DNA of 64,000 nucleotides, taken from NCBI GenBank assembly GCA_963745295.1, contig CAVUWG010000003.1, positions 541,047 through 605,046 on the forward strand, written 5' to 3'. Below the pieces are notes generated by a model that ran no database searches, was not told the origin of the DNA, and was given only the letters and a program-made list of their open reading frames with translations. This document shows, piece by piece, positions 1 to 9,462 of this stretch (positions are counted from its first letter, which is position 1; every line of letters begins with the position of its first letter). The DNA is from an uncultured Chloroflexia bacterium (GTDB taxonomy: Bacteria; Chloroflexota; Limnocylindria; Limnocylindrales; CSP1-4). Position numbers and translations under genes: made by a program.

Positions 1-539
1 GCCGCTACGTGGCGACCCGTGGCCTGCAGGGTGTGGAGTTCCTTGGCCGCGTGACCGAGGTGGAGAAGGCCCAGCTCTACCGGACGGCGACGATCTTCGC
101 GACGCCCGCGACCGGCGGTGAATCGTTCGGGATCGTCCTGCTGGAAGCCATGGCCGCCGGAGCGCCGATCGTCGCCTCGGACATCCACGGCTACAAGGGC
201 GTGGTCCGTCGCGGACGAGAGGGCCTCCTGGTCCCGCCGCGCGATCCGAAGGCGCTGGCGATCGCGATCGCGCGGCTCCTCGACCAGCCCGACCTGCGAG
301 CGGAGATGAGCGCCAACGGCCGCCTTCGCGCCGAGGCGTTCAGCTGGCCCCGCGTGACGGCCAAGGTCGAGGAGTACTACGGCTTCGTCATCCGCCGGCT
401 CGCGACCGCCGGCCATCTCCCGGAGGGCTACCGGGCGCCGATCCCTCAGGCGCCCCCACTCCGGGCGAGGCCGTCGGCATCCTCGGCGACACCCGAGTCG
501 CGATCGACCAGCGAGAGTCTCCAGACCCAGGCGGAATAG
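1..539 (+). CDS. Glycosyltransferase family 1/4 (GT-B), C-terminal part; the 5' end lies outside the window
   Basis: ORF 9..539 stays open back to the window edge. The motif FGIVLLEAMAAGAPIVASDIHGY...E is typical of the nucleotide-sugar-binding C-domain of GT4 enzymes. Confidence 0.7.
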   Translation, partial: RYVATRGLQGVEFLGRVTEVEKAQLYRTATIFATPATGGESFGIVLLEAMAAGAPIVASDIHGYKGVVRRGREGLLVPPRDPKALAIAIARLLDQPDLRAEMSANGRLRAEAFSWPRVTAKVEEYYGFVIRRLATAGHLPEGYRAPIPQAPPLRARPSASSATPESRSTSESLQTQAE

Positions 540-3500
540 GCGACCACGAGACACGTCACGACGATCGCCACGATGAGCACGCCGAGCAACGGGGTCAGGA
601 TCGCCATCTCCGCGTTGCGGTCGATCTTGCTGACCGGGAACTGGAACGCGTACAGGTAGGTCGGGATGATGCCCTGGTACGCGTTCACGATGGCGCCCGG
701 CACGGGCAGCGCGGCGATGTTCGGATAGAGGACCACGAACCAGCCGACGACCGCCGCGAGGAACCCGACGACATAGCGACGCGGGTCGCGGCCGCCGACG
801 ACCCCGAGCGCGAGGTAGGCGAGCGGGAGGCCGGCGAGCAGGACGAGCGGCTCCACCGGGATGCTGGTCAGGGTCAGGATCGCGGTGTCGGGCAGCAGCG
901 AGACCGCCACGAACCCGAGCGCGACGGCCGCGCCGGTCAGGAGGATGGGGCGATAGCCGGCGCCCCCGGACCCAGGCGCATCCCGATCGCTCTCGGCGAG
1001 AGCCAGGACCGCCCGCACGAGGAAGAAGCAGCCGATGCCTGCCACGACCGCAAGGCCGGCGGTCCGGGCGGTCAGGACGAAGTCGGGGATGACGGCGGGG
1101 CACGCCTGCGACCCCGGGTTCACCGATTCGACGCCGACGAACCAGCACAGCGGACGCGAGAACAGCCACATCGCGGCCGGCAGGACGATGGCCGCGGCGC
1201 CGCCCAGACGGGCGAGCCGCCAGGTCGCGCGCGACGCCCCGTTCCAGAGCTCGGCCACGAAATAGGCCAGGGCCAGCACCACGAACGGGAGCGCCGTGTA
1301 GTAGTGGTACTGGAAGGCCGCCCGGTCGATGCGTGCCCACGGGATCCACTGGGCGGCGAAGCCGACCATGATCAAGGCCAGGGCCAGGCTGCGGCGACGG
1401 TAGGCCATGACGCTCACGAACAGGAGCGCGGGCACGCTCAGCCACCAGATCACGAGGTTGCCGGCGTCGTAGATGGCGGCCGACGTCCCGGCCCCGAGGC
1501 CCTCCTGGTAGAACCACACGGGCTTGAGGTTGAGCGGCCAGGCCCACCACGGCGACGCGGCGGGGTGTGGCGTCGTGAGGCCGTTGTGGTAGCGGTACAT
1601 CTGGCCGGTCAGGTCCGCGAGCGTCTGGCCGGTGTGGCCCGGCGGCCAGCCGGGGACCAGCTGATGGTTCTCGACCATCGCCCATGGGATGTACGAGACG
1701 ACGTAGATCGCGATCGGGAGCATCGCCAGACAGACGGCCATCCAGACGACCGGCAGGCCGAGGAACGTGCCCGGCCGCAACCAGCCCTCTGGAGGTGGCG
1801 CCGGCGGTTCCAGGCGGTAGGCCGGCTCGTCCGGTCTCGGCGGCGCGGCCAGCGGCCCGAAGCCCAGCCGCCCACCCAGCGTGAACGCCACCAGCACGGC
1901 CAGCGAACCGAGTCCGAGCAGGATGGCCATCCGCAGCGGCGTGAGCGCGAAGCCCCCGACGACCAGCTCGGTGTTGATCCGTCCGAGCGCGACCGAGCCG
2001 AAGAAGACGAGCGCGCCGAGGGCCGCGGGAGCGATCACGGCGAAGCGCATCTCCTCGTCGGTCCAGGCGATCGGGTGGAAGATGGCGACGACGACCGCGG
2101 TCAGCGTCAGGGCGAGCATCACGAGCAGGAACGTGAGGTTGCCGAAGCCCTGGCCCTCGGGCACGCTCATCGCCATGTAGCCGAGGACGCCGGTCAGCGC
2201 GATGAGCCCGAGGATCGCGACCACCCGCCCGAGTGCGCTCCGGACGAGGATCAGCAGCGCGATCCCGCCGATCGCGTAGAGCGCGACCCACTTGCTCGCC
2301 AGCGCGAGCCCGAGCAACGCGCCGATGAGCGGCATCCCCACCCAGAACGCCGCCCGTCCGCGCCACCAGCCCGTCCAGACGGCGGCGAAGACCGTGTAGG
2401 CCGCGACGATGAAGGTGCCGACGTAGATGTCGTTCATGCCGATCCGGGACTGGACGAAGAACATCCCGTCGGCGACGACGAAGACCGCGACGAGCCCAGC
2501 CACGAGGCGGCGCCGGAAGAGGATCCGCGCGAGCAGGTACAGGCAGGCGGCCGTCAGCGCCCCGAGGATGACGCCGGGCATCCGCCAGGCGAACGCGTGC
2601 GAGCCGAGTTCGATCGTCGAGAGGGCCCCGTCGGGATCGAAGACGAGGAGCTCCTGTCGGTCGGTCGAGGGGTAGTCGGCCTCGACGTCGGCCGCCCACG
2701 CGACCGGCGTGAACCCGTCGCCCAGGCGCGCGTCCGCGAAGACCGCACTGCCGTTCGACTCCCCGCTCCCGTGTGGCTCGACGACATAGACCGTCCACGG
2801 GCCGGCCGGGTCCGCACCCGCTGCCGGGATGGGCGCGTCCGGAGCGAGCCCGAGGATGTGGACCATCTGGCTCGCGTCGTCGTACACGACCTTCGTGCTC
2901 GGCCCCGGGAGGGGATGGCTGCCCCGGTCGACGGGGCCGTCCTTGGCGTCGTCGCCTCCGATCGCGAGGACATGGTAGGTGGGCGTCGTGGGGGGGCCGG
3001 CCGTGGCGAACAGCTTCGGGTCCTCCAGCCCGGTCACCTCGGCGAGGCCGTGGGCGCCGCCCTCCATCCCGATGGTGGAGATGACCTTGACGCCGGCCGG
3101 ATCGATGAACGTGACGCCGTCGCTGGTCGCGGCTGCGATCCGCGAGACGTCCTGGATCTCGATGCCGGGCAGGCGCCCATCGGCGATCGCCGTCTCGACC
3201 TTCGCGCGCGTCTCACTGGTGCCGGCGTTCCCGAGGATGACCGTCTCGTCGATCGAGGCGAGGTTCGCCTCGTACTCGGCGGCATCCCCGCCGAGCAGTT
3301 CGGCGAGCAGCGCGGCCTCGGCGGCGGTGTCCTGCAGCTCGTCGGTGTTCGCGACCAGCGTGGAGCCGTTGCCGCCGTCGGCGAGGTCCGCGAGGCCGGG
3401 CAGGTCGAGCCTGCCGGCCGATGTGCCGGTCACGAGGTCGAGGGCCTCGAGGTGGTCGCCCGACCCGACCATGACGGTCGTGCCGTCCTTCGTGACGTAC

Positions 3501-5836
3501 AACAGGTCCACGGCCGTGCCGACCTGGCCGAGGTGTGTGGGCGTGACGCCGGCCGCCGCGGCATCCGGGCCGACCGACGCGAGGCCGAGCGTGGCCACGC
3601 TGCCGTCGTCGAAGCCGGCCAGGAGCTGCTGGCCACTCGAGTCGAGCGCCAGCGCGCTGACGCCCGGTGCCGGGATCGTCGAGATCAGCTCGCGGTTGCG
3701 CAGGTCGTAGCTGCGGATCTCCGACCCGGTCGCGACGTGGAGGCGTTCGCCAGCGCGGCCGCCCGGCAGGGTCGCGTCATCGCGTCGGGGCTCGATGAGC
3801 GTCGCCCGCACGGGCACGCCGAGGTCGCTGGTGGCGCTCACGTCGTCCTCGCCCCAGGCCATGATGCCGAGCGCCATCGCGTACTTGGCCAGGTGGGGGT
3901 GGGTCCACTCGTAGATGTCGTGCGAGAGCCCATACCGCCAGTGCTGGAGGAACTCCGTGGCCGTCCGGGCGTGGTAGACCTCGTCGAAGTGCATCTGGTA
4001 GGGCTCGGGCAGCCGGAACGTCCGGAGCACCAGGCTCGCGACGACCAGGACGGCCAGGATCCACAGGTCCAGGCGGTCGAGGCGACCGCCGCGCTCGCCG
4101 CGCAATGCGGCGCTTCGATCCGGGCGGATGGGCCGCTCGCCAAGACGGTCGCGGAACCAGCCGATCACGCCGCTCTCGGTGATGCCGAGCGGCCTCGACC
4201 AGGTCGGCATCGTCGCGGCCGCGACCGCCGAACCGGACGCGACGGTGGCGACGCCCCCGGAGACGACGACGGACGGGGCGACGGCCGGGGCGACGAGGCC
4301 GACCGGCGCCATCGGGCCCGGCACAGCTGGGCGCTCGGCCGGAGGGGGGCCGCTGTCATCGTCGGCGACCAGTCCATCGATCTCGGGCTCGATCGAGGCA
4401 CGGTCCAGCTCATCGGCCAGCCGGTCGCGTGCGCCGGTCCGGAGCTGGAGCGCGCACCAGGCGAACCCCAGGGCGTGGAGCAGGACCACGAGGGTCACGC
4501 CCGCCTGCGAGCGGATCGCGGGGCCGATCCCCAGCCAGTCGCTGATCGATGGGTTGTCGGGGTACAACGTCGTGAGGACGACGTACATGTTCGCGAACGT
4601 CGCCACGCTCAGGATCACGTACGCGACTCGCCATCGCGGCGAGATGGCGGCGAGGATGACGCCGAGTGCGAAGAACGGGTAGCCGTACCGCTCGTGGACC
4701 CGGGTCGGGAGGATGAAGAACGCGAGCGCGAGCACCGCCAGCCCGACGAGGAGCGTGAGCCGGTCGGGTTCGCGAGCGACCGCCCACAGGACGATGAGGA
4801 ACGCTCCGACGAGCAGGGCGACCCCGATCGCGATGGCCGGGACGACGCCGAAGACGGCGCTCCCGGCCCCGCACTGCTCGGCGCCCAGGGCCGCGTCGCA
4901 GACCCACTGGCCGGTCGCGGCGAGGCCGGCGCCCGTGTCCGAGAGCACGAGCGCCCACGGGTTGTAGGCGTTGACGGTGAGGTACGGGTATCCCCCACCG
5001 GCGACGAAGATCTGCTCGATCAGCCCGATCGGCGTGAGCCCGAACGGGATCGACAGGACGATCGCGGTCGCGAAGCCGGCGATCGCGGTCGTCAGGACCC
5101 GGGCCGGGCGCCAGGGCCGCCCGTCGCCATCGCCATCGACCGGCGGCCAGAACGCGTGCCGGATCGTCACGACCGCGACCAGCGGGACCAGGATGCCGAG
5201 CTGGGGCTTGATGAGCGCCGCGATGACCGTGTAGACGGCCGCGCGCTCGGTCCGGCCGCGCCACAGCTCGCGCAGGCCCAGCAGCAGGAACACGACACCG
5301 AACGAGTCGACCTGGCCCCAGACGATGCTGTCGAACCAGCTGATCGGGTTGGCGACCGCGACGAACGCGGCCGCGAGCGCGAGACGGCGCCGGCCGCCGA
5401 GCTCGAGCACCATCGAATGGACCAGCCAGCCGACGGCGAGGTCGGCGATGAGCGGCGGGATCTTGATCAGGTCGCCGACGCCGCCAACGACCTTCCCGAC
5501 GAGCCCGACGAGCCACAGGACGTACAGGTAGCCGGGCGTGTAGTCGTGGAAGAAGTCCCGCTCGTAGAACCCCCACGGGCCATGGTCGGCGAGATCGGCC
5601 GCCCAGAACCGGAACGCGCTCAGGTCGACGCCGAAGCCGGATCCGGGGAGCAGGTATGCGATGATGAGGCGGAGGGCGAGCCCGAGCGCGAGGACGATCA
5701 CGACCGCGCCGACGGCCCCGCGCATCCCGGTCGACGACGACGGCGTTCGTGTGCCTCGCTCGGTCCCGCCGGATGCGGGGCGGGTCACCGGGAACGGCTC
5801 CTGCATGAGCGTGGAAGGTGGATCGGAGCGTAGCAC
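446..5836 (-). CDS. Giant 1796-aa multi-module GT-C membrane glycosyltransferase: ArnT/DUF2029-like N-module, Pro/Ala linker, PMT (GT39-like) module with DE motif (HFDEVYH), about 470-aa beta-propeller-like insertion, PMT C-terminal 4-TM-like module and further TM segments
   Basis: One continuous ORF with more than 30 hydrophobic helices. FFHDYTPGYLYVLW and HFDEVYHARTATEFL resemble GT-C loop-1 motifs. WFYQEG...AIYDAGNLVIWW resembles the PMT C-terminal module. The exact start is uncertain because the ORF overlaps the divergent neighbour by 18 nt. Confidence 0.75.
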   Translation of the reverse strand: MLRSDPPSTLMQEPFPVTRPASGGTERGTRTPSSSTGMRGAVGAVVIVLALGLALRLIIAYLLPGSGFGVDLSAFRFWAADLADHGPWGFYERDFFHDYTPGYLYVLWLVGLVGKVVGGVGDLIKIPPLIADLAVGWLVHSMVLELGGRRRLALAAAFVAVANPISWFDSIVWGQVDSFGVVFLLLGLRELWRGRTERAAVYTVIAALIKPQLGILVPLVAVVTIRHAFWPPVDGDGDGRPWRPARVLTTAIAGFATAIVLSIPFGLTPIGLIEQIFVAGGGYPYLTVNAYNPWALVLSDTGAGLAATGQWVCDAALGAEQCGAGSAVFGVVPAIAIGVALLVGAFLIVLWAVAREPDRLTLLVGLAVLALAFFILPTRVHERYGYPFFALGVILAAISPRWRVAYVILSVATFANMYVVLTTLYPDNPSISDWLGIGPAIRSQAGVTLVVLLHALGFAWCALQLRTGARDRLADELDRASIEPEIDGLVADDDSGPPPAERPAVPGPMAPVGLVAPAVAPSVVVSGGVATVASGSAVAAATMPTWSRPLGITESGVIGWFRDRLGERPIRPDRSAALRGERGGRLDRLDLWILAVLVVASLVLRTFRLPEPYQMHFDEVYHARTATEFLQHWRYGLSHDIYEWTHPHLAKYAMALGIMAWGEDDVSATSDLGVPVRATLIEPRRDDATLPGGRAGERLHVATGSEIRSYDLRNRELISTIPAPGVSALALDSSGQQLLAGFDDGSVATLGLASVGPDAAAAGVTPTHLGQVGTAVDLLYVTKDGTTVMVGSGDHLEALDLVTGTSAGRLDLPGLADLADGGNGSTLVANTDELQDTAAEAALLAELLGGDAAEYEANLASIDETVILGNAGTSETRAKVETAIADGRLPGIEIQDVSRIAAATSDGVTFIDPAGVKVISTIGMEGGAHGLAEVTGLEDPKLFATAGPPTTPTYHVLAIGGDDAKDGPVDRGSHPLPGPSTKVVYDDASQMVHILGLAPDAPIPAAGADPAGPWTVYVVEPHGSGESNGSAVFADARLGDGFTPVAWAADVEADYPSTDRQELLVFDPDGALSTIELGSHAFAWRMPGVILGALTAACLYLLARILFRRRLVAGLVAVFVVADGMFFVQSRIGMNDIYVGTFIVAAYTVFAAVWTGWWRGRAAFWVGMPLIGALLGLALASKWVALYAIGGIALLILVRSALGRVVAILGLIALTGVLGYMAMSVPEGQGFGNLTFLLVMLALTLTAVVVAIFHPIAWTDEEMRFAVIAPAALGALVFFGSVALGRINTELVVGGFALTPLRMAILLGLGSLAVLVAFTLGGRLGFGPLAAPPRPDEPAYRLEPPAPPPEGWLRPGTFLGLPVVWMAVCLAMLPIAIYVVSYIPWAMVENHQLVPGWPPGHTGQTLADLTGQMYRYHNGLTTPHPAASPWWAWPLNLKPVWFYQEGLGAGTSAAIYDAGNLVIWWLSVPALLFVSVMAYRRRSLALALIMVGFAAQWIPWARIDRAAFQYHYYTALPFVVLALAYFVAELWNGASRATWRLARLGGAAAIVLPAAMWLFSRPLCWFVGVESVNPGSQACPAVIPDFVLTARTAGLAVVAGIGCFFLVRAVLALAESDRDAPGSGGAGYRPILLTGAAVALGFVAVSLLPDTAILTLTSIPVEPLVLLAGLPLAYLALGVVGGRDPRRYVVGFLAAVVGWFVVLYPNIAALPVPGAIVNAYQGIIPTYLYAFQFPVSKIDRNAEMAILTPLLGVLIVAIVVTCLVVAYSAWVWRLSLVDRDSGVAEDADGLARSGGA

Positions 5837-7395
5837 AGGGTCGCCGGACGAGCCCCTCGGACCTGCTGCCGGTCATCGCCGTGGCGGTGGTCGCGTTCGT
5901 GGCCGCCCGGCTCGCCCTGCTGCCCGGCGTCGCGTTCTGGGACACGGGGGAGTTCCAGACCGTCGGACCGATCATGGGCACGGCGCATCCGACGGGCTTC
6001 CCGACCTACGTCCTGCTGGGCTGGCTCGCCTCGGTCGTCCTCCAGCCATTCGGCGACCCGGCGTTCCGGATGAACCTGTTGTCGGCGATCTGCCTGGCGG
6101 TCGCCGCCGGTGTCACGGTCGATCTGGTCCGGGCCCTGACCGGCTCGGTCGCGCTGGGGATGGTGGCCGGGCTCGGGCTCGCCCTCACGCCGATCGCGTG
6201 GGCCATCGGCACGCATGCCGAGGCGCACGCGCTGCACATCGCGCTCCTGGCGGTCCTGCTCCGACTGCTCGTCGCCTGGGAGGACCGTGCCCGCGGCCCC
6301 CGATCGGGCGATCACGCGGACCGCTACCTGGTCGGCGCGTCGGTCGTCTTCGCGTTGTCGGTCGGCAATCACTCGCTGACGCTCCTGCTGGCCGTGCCCG
6401 TCGGCCTGTTCGTGCTTGCCGTGGCCCCCGACATCTGGCGACGGCCCCGGCTCGTCATCGCGTGCGTGGCCGCGCTGGCGATCACGCTCGTCGTCGTCTA
6501 CCTGGAGCTGCCGCTGCGGGCCGGCCCGTTCCGGGCCGGGCTGGTCTATGGACGGCCGGAAACGTGGGAAGGTTTCTGGTACGTCGTGCTCGCGGAGCAG
6601 TTCCGCGGCAGCCTGCTCGACCCGTTCGGCGACCTGACGGGCAAGGTCGGGCAGCTCGCCACACTGACGTACCGGCAGTTCGGGCTCCTCGCGCCCCTGA
6701 TCCCGGTCGGTTTCGTGGCGACCGTCATGCGCCGGCCACGCTACGCCCTCCTCACCGGGTCGGCGCTCCTCATCACCTGCTTCTTCGCGGCCTCGTACGT
6801 CAACGCCGACATCAACCGCTACTACCTGGGGCCGATCCTCATCGCCTGGACGTGGCTCGCGATCCTGGCCGCCATGGTCGCCGAGGCGGTCGCCGCGAAC
6901 ATGGGTCTGGGGGTCCCGGCCGGAGCGGACGGCGACATGGCAGCCCGCGGCTCGGCCCGGGCCGCGCTGCCGGTGGCCCTGCTCGCCGCCCTGATGCTGG
7001 CCCCGACGCTCCTGGCCATCCCCAACCGCCTCGCAACGGTCGACGAGAGCCGCGACCGCCTCGCGGGCGCCTGGCTGGATCGCGTCCTGCCATTGCTGGA
7101 GCAGGACGCGGTCGTCGTCTCCTGGTGGAGCTACTCCACGCCGCTCTGGTACGCCCAGAAGGTCGAAGGTCGTCGGCCTGATATCTTCATCGCCGACGAC
7201 CGGACACGCCTCGACCTGGGCATGGGCGACCCGTCGGACGTCATCGACGCCAACCTTGGCCAGCGTCCCGTGTACGTGCTGCGCCAGAACCCGGCCGATA
7301 TCGACGAGCTCGCCCGCCGCTATGAGCTCGAGACCCTCACGTCACAGGAGGCAGGTTTGCTGGTCCGCGTGGTCGGCCCCCGAGCGGCGACATGA
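5818..7395 (+). CDS. DUF2723 (TMEM260-like, GT-C) membrane protein, candidate protein O-mannosyltransferase
   Basis: N-terminal WDTGEFQTVGPIMGTAHPTGFPTYVLLGW matches the DUF2723 signature. About 11 predicted TM helices. Divergent from the giant GT and translationally coupled to the downstream GT2 by an ATGA overlap. Confidence 0.65.
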   Translation: MDRSVAQGRRTSPSDLLPVIAVAVVAFVAARLALLPGVAFWDTGEFQTVGPIMGTAHPTGFPTYVLLGWLASVVLQPFGDPAFRMNLLSAICLAVAAGVTVDLVRALTGSVALGMVAGLGLALTPIAWAIGTHAEAHALHIALLAVLLRLLVAWEDRARGPRSGDHADRYLVGASVVFALSVGNHSLTLLLAVPVGLFVLAVAPDIWRRPRLVIACVAALAITLVVVYLELPLRAGPFRAGLVYGRPETWEGFWYVVLAEQFRGSLLDPFGDLTGKVGQLATLTYRQFGLLAPLIPVGFVATVMRRPRYALLTGSALLITCFFAASYVNADINRYYLGPILIAWTWLAILAAMVAEAVAANMGLGVPAGADGDMAARGSARAALPVALLAALMLAPTLLAIPNRLATVDESRDRLAGAWLDRVLPLLEQDAVVVSWWSYSTPLWYAQKVEGRRPDIFIADDRTRLDLGMGDPSDVIDANLGQRPVYVLRQNPADIDELARRYELETLTSQEAGLLVRVVGPRAAT

Positions 7396-8162
7396 CCCGG
7401 GTCGAACGACTGTCGTACTTCTTCCCGGCCCACAACGAGGAAGCCAACATCGAGGGTCTCGTGGCCGAGGCGCTCGCGACGCTGCCATCGCTCGCGGACC
7501 GCTTCGAGATCATCGCCGTCGACGACGGGTCGCGCGATGCCACCGGCCGCCTGGCCGACGAGCTCGCGGCGCGGCATCCGGACGTCGTCCGTGTCGTCCA
7601 CCACCCCACCAACCTCGGCTACGGCGCGGCCCTGCGGTCCGGCTTCACGGCCGCGCGCTACGACCTCATCGCGTTCACCGATGGCGATCGCCAGTTCAAG
7701 GTCGAGGACATCGGCCGACTGACCGCCCGCTCCGCCGAGCCGGACGCCCCGGACGTCGTCCTCGGATTCCGGATCCAACGGGCGGATCCGCCCATCCGGC
7801 TCGCCTATGCCCGGATCTACCGGCTCGCGAATCGGACCTTCTTCGACCTCCAGGCGACCGATGTCGATGGGGCCTGCAAGCTGTTCCGGCGAGCGGCCCT
7901 CGAGGATGTCCGCGTCGAATCGGATGGCGCGTTCTTCTCGGCCGAGCTCCTGATCAAGCTGCGCGAGGCCGGGCGCACCGTCGTCGAGGTCGGCGTGCCG
8001 CACTACCCGCGGACGGCCGGCTCGCCGACCGGGGCGCGGCCGTCGGTCATCCTGCGCGCCGTGCGCGACTTCTGGCGGCTGCGGCTGCATCTCTGGGTGA
8101 ACCGGCGACGGGCGCTGCGGCGCGGCGAACCCATCCTCGCCGACCGGCCGAGGGTCGACTAG
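7392..8162 (+). CDS. GT2 polyprenol-phosphate mannose synthase-like (Ppm1/DPM1-like) glycosyltransferase
   Basis: YFFPAHNEEANIEGLV...IIAVDDGSRD...TNLGYGAALRSGF...FTDGDRQF are GT2 motifs including DXD. Size is 256 aa. Confidence 0.75.
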   Translation: MTRVERLSYFFPAHNEEANIEGLVAEALATLPSLADRFEIIAVDDGSRDATGRLADELAARHPDVVRVVHHPTNLGYGAALRSGFTAARYDLIAFTDGDRQFKVEDIGRLTARSAEPDAPDVVLGFRIQRADPPIRLAYARIYRLANRTFFDLQATDVDGACKLFRRAALEDVRVESDGAFFSAELLIKLREAGRTVVEVGVPHYPRTAGSPTGARPSVILRAVRDFWRLRLHLWVNRRRALRRGEPILADRPRVD

Positions 8163-8719
8163 CTGGTCCGGCGGCCCTCGGCGTCGGGATCCACATCGAG
8201 CGAGTTGACGAAGTCGCGAAAGACGTCGAGCCGCGGGTCGACGATGGATTCACCGGTCGATTCGAGGGGCATCCCGGGCTCGCCCTCATCGTCGTCGAGG
8301 CCGCCGTCGGCGCCGAGTCCCGCCTGTTCCAGGACCGCGTCGGCGGCGAAGATCCGGACCCCGGCCCGGACCGCGAGGGCCAGCGCGTCCGACGGGCGGG
8401 CGTCGATCTCGACCGTGCCGCTCGCCCCCTCGAGGATCAGGCGGGCATGGAACGTCTCGTCGGCGAGCTCGGAGATGACGACACGATCGACGCGGACCCC
8501 GAGCTGTTCGAGCGTCGTCGCGAAGAGGTCGTGGGTGAGCGGGCGCTCCGGGGAGAGGCCCTGGAGCTTCATCGCGATCGCACTCGCCTCCCATGGGCCG
8601 ATCCAGATCGGGAGGTAGCGGTCGCGGTCGGTCTCCTTGAGGATCACCACGTGCCGACTCGACAGCATGTGGACCCGCACGCTCTCGACGACCATCTCCA
8701 CGAGCTCGGTCTCCGGCAT
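8159..8719 (-). CDS. Bifunctional-nuclease-like (DUF151/BFN) protein
   Basis: MPETELVEMVVESVRVHMLSSRHVVILKETDRDRYLPIWIGPWEASAIAMKLQG is the DUF151 core. The start was chosen at that Met; the ORF is open further up to 8797. Confidence 0.6.
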   Translation of the reverse strand: MPETELVEMVVESVRVHMLSSRHVVILKETDRDRYLPIWIGPWEASAIAMKLQGLSPERPLTHDLFATTLEQLGVRVDRVVISELADETFHARLILEGASGTVEIDARPSDALALAVRAGVRIFAADAVLEQAGLGADGGLDDDEGEPGMPLESTGESIVDPRLDVFRDFVNSLDVDPDAEGRRTS

Positions 8720-8726
8720 CGATCGA

Positions 8727-9449
8727 TTATCCCACGGCGGCCGGGGCCGGCGGCCTGCCCGGGCGGCCGGGGATGCCCGCCAGCACCCGCGCGACAAGGG
8801 CGCCCGCGACGAACCCGCCGATGTGGGCGAAGAACGCCACGCCGCCGCTCGTCTCGACCATGCCGATCGACGTGAGCCCGTCGATCAGCTGGAGGACGAA
8901 CCAGAACCCGAGCACGAGGACCGCCGGGACGTCGATGAGCTGGTAGAAGAAGCCGAGGAACACGAGCGACGTGATCCGCGCCCGCGGGAAGAAGACGAGG
9001 TAGGCGCCCAGGGCTGCGGCGATGGCGCCCGATGCCCCGAGGCACGGGATCGTCGAGGACGGCGCGACCGCCACCTGGGCGAGACCGGCCGCGACACCAC
9101 CCGCCAGGTAGAAGACGAGGAACCCGAGCCGCCCCATCCGGTCCTCGACGTTGTTCGCGAAGATCCACAGGTAGAGCATGTTGCCGAGCAGGTGCAGCCA
9201 GCCGGCATGCATGAACTGGCTCGTGATGAGCGTCGCGGTCTCCACGGACAGGAAGTCGCCGCGGCCCCAGGCGGCGGTCAGTTCGGCGGGCACCACGCCC
9301 CACTGCATCACGAACGCATCCAGCGCCGATTCGCCGCCGCTGGCCAGCAGCCCCAGCTCGTAGGCGAAGACCACGAAGCAGGCCACGACGATGCCGATGG
9401 TCACGACCGACGTGCGCCGGGTCGGGTTGGCGTCGCGCAGCGGGATCAC
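8727..9449 (-). CDS. Rhomboid family intramembrane serine protease
   Basis: Six TM helices. The GASGAI (GxSG) serine motif and the FAHIGGFVAG histidine motif are present. Confidence 0.8.
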   Translation of the reverse strand: MIPLRDANPTRRTSVVTIGIVVACFVVFAYELGLLASGGESALDAFVMQWGVVPAELTAAWGRGDFLSVETATLITSQFMHAGWLHLLGNMLYLWIFANNVEDRMGRLGFLVFYLAGGVAAGLAQVAVAPSSTIPCLGASGAIAAALGAYLVFFPRARITSLVFLGFFYQLIDVPAVLVLGFWFVLQLIDGLTSIGMVETSGGVAFFAHIGGFVAGALVARVLAGIPGRPGRPPAPAAVG

Positions 9450-9462
9450 TGCGGATCCTGCG

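Noticed and set aside
1304-5833. 1509-aa plus-strand ORF antisense to the giant GT gene, and many similar long ORFs (for example 4410..5981 -, 9827..11074 -, 10671..13397 +, 24630..27431 +, 47481..50663 +, 52346..54772 +)
   Set aside because: These are Arg/Pro/Gly/Asp-rich low-complexity translations, typical of shadow frames in 70% GC DNA. They overlap well-supported genes on the other strand and have no recognisable domains.
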